Shown: in pieces, positions 9,597 to 17,700 of the stretch
Layout: each line of letters opens with the position of its first letter
Numbering within the stretch: the first letter of the stretch is position 1
From: an uncultured Gemmatimonadales bacterium
GTDB lineage: Bacteria; Gemmatimonadota; Gemmatimonadetes; Longimicrobiales; Gaopeijiaceae
Assembly (NCBI GenBank): GCA_963809895.1
Contig: CAWELD010000010.1
Location: 736,001 to 800,000, forward strand
Direction: 5' to 3'
DNA: 64,000 bases
Notes under the pieces: model-generated
Database searches by the model: none
What the model was told of the DNA's origin: nothing
What the model saw: the letters and a program-made list of their open reading frames with translations, nothing else
Position numbers and translations under genes: made by a program

Positions 9597-10596
9597 GTGC
9601 CGCTTCGCCTCATCGAGGTCACCGTCTCCGGCGAGGGCATGGACGAGCTGTGTGGGGCCCTCGAGGAAACCCGGGTGGTGGACCTGTGGACCACCGGTGG
9701 AGAGGGGGGAAGGGCGGCGGTGCATGTCCTCGTGCCCGCCGACGGCGTGGAGGCCGTCTCCGACACGCTCACGCGACTCTTCGGCGACCAGGAGGCCTTC
9801 CGCCTCGTGGTGCTCGACGTGGAGGCCACGCTCCCGAAAGCGGAGGAGGTCGAGAAGGAGACGGAGGGCGAACCGGTAAGAGGAGGAGTCGCACCCGGAC
9901 CGTGTGTCTCGCGAGGAGCTCTACCAGGACCTGGAGGCGTCGACCCGGGTGACGCCGGTCTATCTGGCCACGGTGGCGCTGTCCACGCTGGTGGCCGCCC
10001 TGGGCCTGCTCCGCGATGACGTCGCCGTGATCATCGGGGCCATGGTGATCGCACCGCTCCTGGGCCCCAACATGGCGCTGGCGCTGTCGGCCACCCTCGG
10101 TGACGTCGAGCTCGCGTGGCGCTCGCTGAAGGCCAACGCCGCCGGCCTGGGCTTGGCCCTGGCGCTCTCCGTGATCATGGGGCTGGTGGTGTCGGTGAGC
10201 CCCGACATGCCGCAGCTGCATTCACGGGCCGAGGTCTCGCCCGCCGATGTCCTGCTGGCATTGGCCGCGGGCTCGGCGGGGTCGTTGGCCTTCACCTCCG
10301 GCCTGCCCACCGCCGTAATCGGCGTGATGGTGGCGGTGGCCCTTCTGCCCCCGCTGGTGGCGACCGGGTTGCTCGTCGGCGCCGGTCATCTGAGCGCCGC
10401 TCTGGGCACGCTCATCCTGCTGGTCACCAACATCACCTCCGTGAACCTGGCAGGGGTCGCGACCTTCCTGCTGCGGCGGGTCCGTCCGCGTACATGGTGG
10501 GAGGCCGAGAAGGCGAGGCGGGCCACGAAGCTCGCCATGGGGTCGTGGCTGATCTTGCTGGCGATCCTCCTCACCATCATCCTGTGGCGCTGGTGA
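9597..10596 (+). pseudogene. TIGR00341/DUF389-family membrane protein, split by a +1 frameshift near 9878 (possibly a sequencing error)
   Basis: N-half VPLRLIEV...VEATLPK and C-half DRVSREELY...IIGAMVIAPLLGP...GVMVAVALLPP lie in different frames. Removing one A in GTAAGAG joins them (EPVEEESHPDRVSREELY). Confidence 0.8.
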
Positions 10597-10689
10597 TCGC
10601 GGCGATGCGGTAGCGCACGAACGCCCCGGCCTCGATGCGTGTAGAACGCCCCATGCGTACCCTCGTCGCCCGATTCACCGGGAACAGCC

Positions 10690-11088
10690 GTGCCGATTCC
10701 GTCTAGTCGGCTCATCCTGTCCGCCAGCGCGCTTCTGCTGGCCGGACTCGGACTGGCTGCCCTGTTCGCGCCGGGGGACTCGGCCATGGTCCTGGGCTTC
10801 GATGCCCGCGCGGCGGAGGCATTGGCCCTGGTGGCGCCTGGGCTGCTCGGCATGGCCGGCCTCAACTGGGTGGGCCGGGGAGTGCGGTTGGACGGGCTCT
10901 ACGGACGCCCGCTGTCGGTGGCGAACTTCCTGACCGGAGGGGTCGGCGCTTCGACGCTGGCGCGGCTCGAGACCGAGATGCCCGGGGATCCGGCGGGATG
11001 GGTCCTGGTGGGCCTGCTCGCGCTCTACACGCTCCTCTTCGCCTGGTATCTGTTCGCCCCTCCGGACACGGATCCCACCGCGCCCTGA
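10690..11088 (+). CDS. Hypothetical 4-TM membrane protein
   Basis: Hydrophobic ORF with GLYGRPLSVAN motif and GC3 codon bias. Confidence 0.7.
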   Translation: MPIPSSRLILSASALLLAGLGLAALFAPGDSAMVLGFDARAAEALALVAPGLLGMAGLNWVGRGVRLDGLYGRPLSVANFLTGGVGASTLARLETEMPGDPAGWVLVGLLALYTLLFAWYLFAPPDTDPTAP

Positions 11089-11130
11089 CCGCCGCGTCCC
11101 GCCCCGCCGGTCACCGAGGCCTCGGCCATC

Positions 11131-11520
11131 TCACACGTCGGCGACCCAGGCCGTGATCACCAGATCGGGATCCTCCTGCCGGCGCCGCTCCGCGGCCAGA
11201 AAGTCGTAGTACCCGCAGCGCCCGGTGCCCGGATACGCCCGGCACGCCGCCGGCCGATGCTCGTAGACGGTGCAGCGGCGCGTCTCGGGATCCAGAAAGC
11301 GGCACGCAGTCTGGAAGATCTCGTCCTGGCGGTGTCGGAGAACGCGTTCCCTCGGCTCGGCTCCTTTCTTCGTGAAGCGTCGGCGGGCGACATCCACGTC
11401 CAGATCGAAGCGTCGGGCGAGGCGCGCCACGTCTCGCTCGGTGACCGGGATCCGTGGGTACGTGCAGCAGAAGGCGGAGCAGCGCGCGCAGTTGTAGAGA
11501 ACCGGGAGACGGCGGGCCAT
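11131..11520 (-). CDS. YkgJ-family cysteine-cluster (Zn/Fe-binding) protein
   Basis: CxxCxxxCC...CRFLD...CTVYEHRPAACRAYP. Confidence 0.88.
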   Translation of the reverse strand: MARRLPVLYNCARCSAFCCTYPRIPVTERDVARLARRFDLDVDVARRRFTKKGAEPRERVLRHRQDEIFQTACRFLDPETRRCTVYEHRPAACRAYPGTGRCGYYDFLAAERRRQEDPDLVITAWVADV

Positions 11521-11550
11521 GGAGGGTCGTCCTGTGGGCCGGGGGTTCCT

Positions 11551-12840
11551 TCAGCGCCGAGCGAGGTCGGCGACGCCGGCCACGAGGCGGTCCACCTCTT
11601 CGGGGGTCGTGTAGCAAGCGGCGCCGGCCCGCACCAGACCCGCTTCGGCCAGACCCAGGTCTTCGGTCACGGTCGATGCGTAGAAGTCGCCGTGCGAGAC
11701 GAAGGCGCCCACCTCGGCCGCCAGATGGGCGGCCACGTCTCGGGACGACATGTTCTTCACCGTGAACGCCACCGTCGGCGTGCGCGGCTTTCCGGGTTCG
11801 GGGCCGTAGAGCCGGACCCGTCGCAGGTCGGACAGGCCGTCCCACAGGCGGGCGGTGAGAGCCACGCCCCTTCGGTGGAGCTCCTCGAAGGCCGCCGTGA
11901 GTCGGCTGCGCCGGTCGTCGGAGTCGCGGGGCTCGGGCCGCGCGAGGTCGGCGAGAAAGTCGACGGCCGCCGCGGCGCCCAGGATCGCCTCGTGCGAAAG
12001 CGTGCCCGTTTCGAGCCGCTCGGGCGCCGTGTCGGGCGCGCACGGCAACCGCGGGACGTCGAGCGTCTCCAGCAGCGCGCGACGCATGTAGAGCACCCCC
12101 AGGTGCGGGCCGTAGAACTTGTAGGGCGAGCAGACGAAGACATCGCATCCCAACGCCTCGACATCGGGAAGGGCGTGGGGCGCCCAGTGCACAGCGTCCA
12201 CGAACGAAAGGGCGCCGGCATCGTTCGCCATCGCCACGATTGCCTCGACGTCGTTCACCGTCCCGAGGGCGTTGGATGCGCCACCGATGGCCACGACCCG
12301 GGTTTCGGGTCCCACGGCGGCTTCCATGGCGTGCATGTCCAGCGTGCCGCTGCGCACGTCGAAGGGGACTTCACGAACGATCAGGTCTCGCTCGCGTGCC
12401 AGGGCGTGCCAGGGGGCGACGTTGGCCTGATGGTCGAGGCGGGTGACGACGAGCTCGTTTCGGTCCGACGGCCTGCGCCCCAGGGCACGCGACACGTGGA
12501 AGGTGAGGGTCGTCATATTGGCGCCGAAGACCACCTCGTCCGTGGTGCACGCGAGAAAGTCGGCGAGCGTGGCGCGGGCCTCGGCGAGCATCTCGTCGGT
12601 TTCCACGCTGGTGTCGTAGGCCCAGTGCGTGTTGGCGTTGTGATGCAGCAGATAATCCGTCATCGCGCGTACCACGCGCTCCGGCACCTGGGTCCCGCCC
12701 GGGCCGTCGAAGAAGGCGGCCGGCCGGCCGGCCGCCCGGCGGGCGAGGGCCGGAAAGCGTGCTCGGATGCGGTCGACGGACTGGACGTTCAAGGAGGACT
12801 CCCCCGGGACGGCTGGCGGGTTGCTGGAGAATGGCGTCAT
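11551..12840 (-). CDS. Cysteine desulfurase-like class V PLP enzyme (TIGR01976-like); start uncertain
   Basis: FFDGPGGTQVP, DHQANVAPW, FVDAVH, SPYKFYGPH (PLP Lys), RLETGT, GDFYA. Confidence 0.88.
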   Translation of the reverse strand: MTPFSSNPPAVPGESSLNVQSVDRIRARFPALARRAAGRPAAFFDGPGGTQVPERVVRAMTDYLLHHNANTHWAYDTSVETDEMLAEARATLADFLACTTDEVVFGANMTTLTFHVSRALGRRPSDRNELVVTRLDHQANVAPWHALARERDLIVREVPFDVRSGTLDMHAMEAAVGPETRVVAIGGASNALGTVNDVEAIVAMANDAGALSFVDAVHWAPHALPDVEALGCDVFVCSPYKFYGPHLGVLYMRRALLETLDVPRLPCAPDTAPERLETGTLSHEAILGAAAAVDFLADLARPEPRDSDDRRSRLTAAFEELHRRGVALTARLWDGLSDLRRVRLYGPEPGKPRTPTVAFTVKNMSSRDVAAHLAAEVGAFVSHGDFYASTVTEDLGLAEAGLVRAGAACYTTPEEVDRLVAGVADLARR

Positions 12841-12991
12841 GGTAGCCGGGCCCGAGCCGCCGCACAACGCGCGCCTCGTCTGGACGTCAGCGCGTTGGCT
12901 GGAGGTGGAACCCGCCGCCGCTTCCGGGGGATTCGGACCCGTGGGTGCAGCATGTGGAGGTGGCGATCCAGGATCAGCCCAGGAGGTCGAC

Positions 12992-13549
12992 ATGGCGGAC
13001 GGTGGACGCGAAGAGGTCGCAACGCTCGGCGGTGGCTGCTTCTGGTGCCTCGAGGCCGTCTATCAGGAGGTGGACGGTGTACGGCGGGTCGTGTCCGGGT
13101 ACGCCGGTGGCGACGTGGCGAATCCCACGTATCGTCAGGTATGTGGCGGCGGGACCGGGCACGCGGAGGTCGTGCAGGTGCACTTCGATCCTGAGGTGAT
13201 CTCCTACCGCGACATCCTGCGGATCTTCTTCGTCATCCACGACCCCACCACGCCCAACCGCCAGGGTGCGGACGTGGGAACGCAGTACCGCTCCGCCGTC
13301 TTCTGGGCCGACGACGCGCAGAGAGCCGACGCGGAGGCGGTCATGGAGGAGCTCCGCGAGAGCGGCGCGTTCGAGGGAGCCCTCGTGACCGAGCTCGAGC
13401 CATTGGAGCGGTTCTGGGAGGCCGAGGACTACCACCAGGACTACTACGCTCGCAATCCGGCCCAGGCGTACTGCCGCATCGTCATCGATCCGAAGCTGGC
13501 CAGGTTCCGCAAGGTGTTCGCGGAGCGACGCCGCTCCCACGTTTCGTAG
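12992..13549 (+). CDS. msrA: Peptide-methionine (S)-S-oxide reductase
   Basis: GGCFWC, SGYAGG, TGHAEVV, DVGTQYRS, AEDYHQDY; AGGAGG RBS. Confidence 0.96.
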   Translation: MADGGREEVATLGGGCFWCLEAVYQEVDGVRRVVSGYAGGDVANPTYRQVCGGGTGHAEVVQVHFDPEVISYRDILRIFFVIHDPTTPNRQGADVGTQYRSAVFWADDAQRADAEAVMEELRESGAFEGALVTELEPLERFWEAEDYHQDYYARNPAQAYCRIVIDPKLARFRKVFAERRRSHVS

Positions 13550-13556
13550 CCCCGAC

Positions 13557-14393
13557 GTGATCTCGACGGAGGCCATGCTCATGGTCCCGGCGGTCGCCGC
13601 GGATCGCCGCCTCCGTTACGGGCCCGATGCGCTCCACTTCGGAGATCTCTTTCTGCCGCCCACCGGCGGCCCCCATCCTGTGGCCGTGGTGATTCATGGC
13701 GGCTGCTGGCTGTCGCTGGCCGACCTGGGGTACATGAGCCACCTGTCCCGCGAGCTGGCGCGGGCGGGTTGGGCGGTCTGGTGTCCGGAATACCGACGGA
13801 TCGACCAGCCGGGAGGCGCGTGGCCCGGGCTCCTCACCGACGTCGGGCGGGCGCTGGACCACGTGCGCGAGTTGGCTCGAGACCATCCGCTGGACGCGGG
13901 CCGTGTCGTGGTCGTCGGGCACTCGGCCGGCGGGCACCTCGCACTGTGGCTGGCCGCGCGACCGGAGCTCCCGGCCGGCGGGCCGGACGTGTCCGCGCTG
14001 CGAGGCGACCGTCCGCTGCGACCCCGCGCGGTGGTAGGGCTGGCGGCGATCGCCGATCTCGACACCTACGCTCGCCTGCCCGGCGATCCCTGCGGCGAGG
14101 CGATCGTCACTCGCCTGCTCGGTGCCGGCCCGGAGGAACGTCCCGAGCGGCTCGCGCTCACCTCACCGGCGGAGCGCCTGCCACTGGGGGTGCCACAGCT
14201 TCTTCTCAGCGGCGAGCACGATCACATCGTGCCTCCCGAGCACGGTCGGGCATACGTCGGGAGGGCGCGGGCAGCGGGCGACGTGGAGGCGGTGGCGGAG
14301 ACGCTCCCGGGCGCCGGCCACTTCGAGCTCGTGGCGCCCTGGTCGGCTCCCTTCGGAGCGGTGAGAGACCGGATCGAGACGTTCCTGCGCTAG
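13557..14393 (+). CDS. Alpha/beta hydrolase (esterase/lipase-like)
   Basis: HGGCW oxyanion motif, GHSAGG nucleophile elbow, D..VP, GHF. Confidence 0.9.
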   Translation: MISTEAMLMVPAVAADRRLRYGPDALHFGDLFLPPTGGPHPVAVVIHGGCWLSLADLGYMSHLSRELARAGWAVWCPEYRRIDQPGGAWPGLLTDVGRALDHVRELARDHPLDAGRVVVVGHSAGGHLALWLAARPELPAGGPDVSALRGDRPLRPRAVVGLAAIADLDTYARLPGDPCGEAIVTRLLGAGPEERPERLALTSPAERLPLGVPQLLLSGEHDHIVPPEHGRAYVGRARAAGDVEAVAETLPGAGHFELVAPWSAPFGAVRDRIETFLR

Positions 14394-14989
14394 CGTCGCC
14401 CGTGCGCCCGGTCGAGCTGCTCCAGCACTTCTCGACAGAGCCAGAGGTGGCGGCGATTGTGTGCCAGCAGGAATCGGATGCCCTGGGCCACGTTCAGCTT
14501 CAGCCAGCCCGCGAAGGGTGACACGAACTCGGCCCGTCCCAGGTCCACGCCCGGGAGTCCCTCCAGCAGGTCACGGAACGCTTCCTGGACGCGATCGAAG
14601 TCCCTCCGCGCGATCTGGAAGTCCATGGGCGGGGCGTCTGCCGCGGCGGGATCCATGGCCTTGAGCGTGCGTGTGCGCAACCGTGGCGGTGGCTCCATGA
14701 ACCAGATCATGAAGCGCCCGAGCAGGGGGCTGGGCCAGGGCTCCTCTCCCCCGATCCAGCCGTTCTCGTGCGCCTCACGAGCCGCCGCCTTCATGAGACG
14801 GAGATAGGGGCCGTTGGCCAGGGAGAGATGCACGAGGTGTTCCGCCGCCGACCACCGATTCGGGGTGGGTCTCGACGTGAGCGCCACCACGTCATTGGTG
14901 GCGATCATGTCCGCGACTTCGGCATCCTGGCGGTCGAGCTCGTGACGTGTGCGTGCGAGCTCCGACGAGGCTTCTGGCATGCGGATCAT
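14390..14989 (-). CDS. DinB_2-family protein
   Basis: WSAAEHLVHL...FLLAHNRRHL. Confidence 0.85.
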   Translation of the reverse strand: MIRMPEASSELARTRHELDRQDAEVADMIATNDVVALTSRPTPNRWSAAEHLVHLSLANGPYLRLMKAAAREAHENGWIGGEEPWPSPLLGRFMIWFMEPPPRLRTRTLKAMDPAAADAPPMDFQIARRDFDRVQEAFRDLLEGLPGVDLGRAEFVSPFAGWLKLNVAQGIRFLLAHNRRHLWLCREVLEQLDRAHGRR

Positions 14990-15124
14990 GGCGCGAGTCC
15001 TGGTAGAACGACGCAGGGCCGTCTACTCAACGATACGCCGCTGTCGCAGGGAACGACATAGGCGGGTCGCGGCAGCGCGCTGCGACGGACACGAAGTCCT
15101 ACACGCGTAGAGATCGACACCCCC

Positions 15125-15152
15125 TTGTCCCACGGCCCCTGAGTGCTATCCT
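15125..15152 (+). promoter_or_regulatory. Candidate sigma70 promoter
   Basis: TTGTCC-16nt-TATCCT with TG extended -10 in a locally AT-richer stretch; TACAAT also at 15161. Confidence 0.5.
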
Positions 15153-15199
15153 ATCCTGCATACAATCTGGTAAGACTCCATCTTGACGGAGGAGGGTGC

Positions 15200-15646
15200 A
15201 TGCCCAAGCCCCCCGGCCCCCTCGTCGTGAAGTGGAGGGACCTCGCCGCCGACGGTGCGTCGTACGCGGAAATCGCCAGGCGATTCCCCGAGTACAGCGC
15301 GGACCAGGTTCGGCACTATTGTCTGGGAACGTCCGGGAAGAAACTCCCGGGCCCGCTGCAGAAGCCCGGCCGTTGGGAAGGCCGGAACGTGTGGCTCCAG
15401 GGCGAGAAGTCACCTCACGCGGAATTGACGAGAGAGCAGGCAGTCGCCGTTCTTGACGACTGGGACGACGAGCGCGATCGCTGGGGAACATCCGGAACCG
15501 AATGGGCGAAGAAGCTCAGGGTTTCGGCCAGCACGATCCACATGCTGCGTCGTGGTGAGACCTGGCAACACCTGGAACACCCGAACCAGGGCCGCAGGCC
15601 CGGAACGGGACCCAGGAAGCCCAAGCGAGGCCGCTCCAAGAAGTGA
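15200..15646 (+). CDS. Double-HTH DNA-binding protein resembling HNH-endonuclease C-terminal modules, without nuclease domain
   Basis: GGAGGAGG RBS; HTH1 GASYAEIARRF; GEKSPHAELTREQA...EWAKKLRVSASTIHMLRRGETWQH; basic tail. Confidence 0.75.
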   Translation: MPKPPGPLVVKWRDLAADGASYAEIARRFPEYSADQVRHYCLGTSGKKLPGPLQKPGRWEGRNVWLQGEKSPHAELTREQAVAVLDDWDDERDRWGTSGTEWAKKLRVSASTIHMLRRGETWQHLEHPNQGRRPGTGPRKPKRGRSKK

Positions 15647-15663
15647 GCCCGCGAAAGGCCCGT

Positions 15664-15704
15664 CGGGCCCGCGCTCCATCCGGAGTGCGGGCCCGCACTT
15701 TTTC
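15664..15704 (+). terminator. Intrinsic terminator
   Basis: CGGGCCCGCGCTCC-ATCC-GGAGTGCGGGCCCG followed by CACTTTTTC. Confidence 0.75.
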
Positions 15705-15720
15705 ACCCGTTCGGCCGATC

Positions 15721-16239
15721 ATGAACCATCCCCTGGACCCCTTTCTCCGTGAGTCCCGTCGCTACCTCACCGAGGAGTACCCGGGCAAGATCGGCCACGC
15801 CCTCGCGCGGCTGTCGGCCGAGGACCTCTGGTGGCGCCCGAACGAATCGTCCAACGCCATCGGGAATCTGATCGTCCATCTGGCCGGTAACGTCCGTCAG
15901 TGGATCGTGCATGGCCTGGGTGGGGAGCCCGATGTCAGGGATCGCGCCGCCGAGTTCGCCCGGCGTGGGTCCGAGAACGCGGATCAGCTCATGGTGGTGC
16001 TGCGAGCGGCGGTGGACTCCGCCGGCGGGGTCCTCGCTGCCGAAGATCCGGCGCGACTCCACGAGCCCGTGACGATTCAGGGGCTCGCGACCACCAGGTT
16101 CGCCGCCGTCTATCACGTCGTGGAGCATTTTTCCATGCACACGGGCCAGATCCTCTGGATGGTGAAGGCCCGCGTTCCCGGCGAGCTCGGCTTCTACGAG
16201 ATCGGCGACGACGGCGAGGTGCTGGACACGCGCTGGTGA
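15721..16239 (+). CDS. DinB/DUF1572-family protein
   Basis: LWWRPNESSNAIGNLIVHLAGN...HVVEHFSMHTGQI. Confidence 0.87.
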   Translation: MNHPLDPFLRESRRYLTEEYPGKIGHALARLSAEDLWWRPNESSNAIGNLIVHLAGNVRQWIVHGLGGEPDVRDRAAEFARRGSENADQLMVVLRAAVDSAGGVLAAEDPARLHEPVTIQGLATTRFAAVYHVVEHFSMHTGQILWMVKARVPGELGFYEIGDDGEVLDTRW

Positions 16240-17084
16240 GCGGTTCCCGTGAGCGCGTGGCCATTCCGGGGCCCGGAGGGGGGCACCTGTCGGTGCACGT
16301 GCGGGGTGAGGGGCCCCCGTTGGTGCTTCTGCACGGGTTCACCGGTAGCGCCGACGCCTGGGACGAGGGCGCGCTGGAACTGCTGGCGCGGCAGCATCGT
16401 CTGCTGGTGCCCGACCTTGCAGGCCACGGCGCCAGTGATGTGCCCCCCGAGCCCGCGCGCTTCGGACTGGACGCCCTTCTGGCCGACCTCGGTGTGCTCC
16501 AGGAACGGCTGATTCCTGGTCCCGCGGTGTGGCTGGGGTACTCCATGGGTGGTAGGCTGGCGTTGGCCGCGGCGGTGCGATCGACGGTCCCCATGCGGGG
16601 CCTCGTGCTGGAGAGCGCCTCGCCGGGCCTGGCCGACGACGCGGAGCGAGCGCGGCGTCGGAGCTCCGACGAGGGTTGGGCTCGAGATCTCGAGACCGAC
16701 GGCATGGTGGCGTTCGTGGATCTGTGGTTGGCGCAGCCGCTCTTCGCCAGTCAGCGGATGCTTCCCCTGGAGATCCGGGAGCGGGAGCGGGAGCGACGCC
16801 TCCGTCAGGATCCCGCGACGTTGGCCGCCGTGTTGCGGGGCTTCGGCACGGGATCGCAGCCCTCGTTCTGGCCCGATCTGGCGGGCCTGGACGTGCCGGT
16901 ACTCCTCGTCACCGGCGGCCTGGACGAGAAGTTCGAGAGGACCGCCGACGCCATGGCGGCGAGGCTCTCGCGCGCCCGACGCAGCTCGGTGCCGGGCGTG
17001 GGCCATGCGGTGCACCTGGAGGCGCCCATCGAGTGGGCCCATCGGGTGTCCGCCTTCACGGCATCGTTGACGGGAGGTGCCTGA
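16236..17084 (+). CDS. menH: MenH-like alpha/beta hydrolase (SHCHC synthase family)
   Basis: LHGFTG, GYSMGGRLA, LESASPG, WLAQPLFASQ, GHAVHLE; no other men genes nearby. Confidence 0.72.
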   Translation: MSGSRERVAIPGPGGGHLSVHVRGEGPPLVLLHGFTGSADAWDEGALELLARQHRLLVPDLAGHGASDVPPEPARFGLDALLADLGVLQERLIPGPAVWLGYSMGGRLALAAAVRSTVPMRGLVLESASPGLADDAERARRRSSDEGWARDLETDGMVAFVDLWLAQPLFASQRMLPLEIRERERERRLRQDPATLAAVLRGFGTGSQPSFWPDLAGLDVPVLLVTGGLDEKFERTADAMAARLSRARRSSVPGVGHAVHLEAPIEWAHRVSAFTASLTGGA

Positions 17085-17147
17085 GCACATCGGTTGGAGG
17101 TGGGTGCGGCGCGGATTTCGCGTCGGGAGACCGAGCCCGGAGGCTCG

Positions 17148-17687
17148 ATGAAACGCACGCTGCAGCTCCTCACCTTCGCACTGGCCCTGACGTTGTGGGC
17201 CGGGGCCCTGTGGGCCTGGCCGCGGCTCCCCGAGCAGATCCCCCGCCATTTCGGAGTGAACGGCCTGCCCGACGCGTGGGGCCCACGTTCTGCGGTGGCG
17301 TGGTTCGGCCTGCCGGCCGTGGCGCTGCTTCTGACGGCGCTTCTGTGGACCCTGGGACCGCTGATGCGCCGCTATCCCCGGCTGGTCAACCTTCCGGGCG
17401 GTCAGCGCCTCGAAACGCTGCCGGCTGGCGCCCGCGCGCGTGTCATCGAGGTCGTGCAGGAGACCTTGATGCTTCTCGGGCTCGAAGTCCTGCTCATCCT
17501 CGGGCTCATCCAACTGGCGGAATGGCGGGCAGCGGTAGGCGAGCCCGACCAGCGCCTGGTCCTGGCGGCGCTGGTTCTGGCACTGGTGTCCTCGCCTTTC
17601 TTCCTGGTGGTGTTCGTCGTTCGCACGCAGCGAGCCCTGGACGCGGTCGAGCGTCGGGCCCGCGCCGGCCGGAGCGGCGGGGCCTGA
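17148..17687 (+). CDS. DUF1648/SdpI-like membrane protein
   Basis: WPRLPEQIPRHFGVNGLPDAWG signature and about 4 TM segments. Confidence 0.85.
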   Translation: MKRTLQLLTFALALTLWAGALWAWPRLPEQIPRHFGVNGLPDAWGPRSAVAWFGLPAVALLLTALLWTLGPLMRRYPRLVNLPGGQRLETLPAGARARVIEVVQETLMLLGLEVLLILGLIQLAEWRAAVGEPDQRLVLAALVLALVSSPFFLVVFVVRTQRALDAVERRARAGRSGGA

Positions 17688-17700
17688 CGCCCGAGCGGCC

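Noticed and set aside
12992..13549. Selenocysteine or stop-codon recoding in redox genes (msrA, arsC)
   Set aside because: Active sites use ordinary Cys codons; no in-frame TGA.
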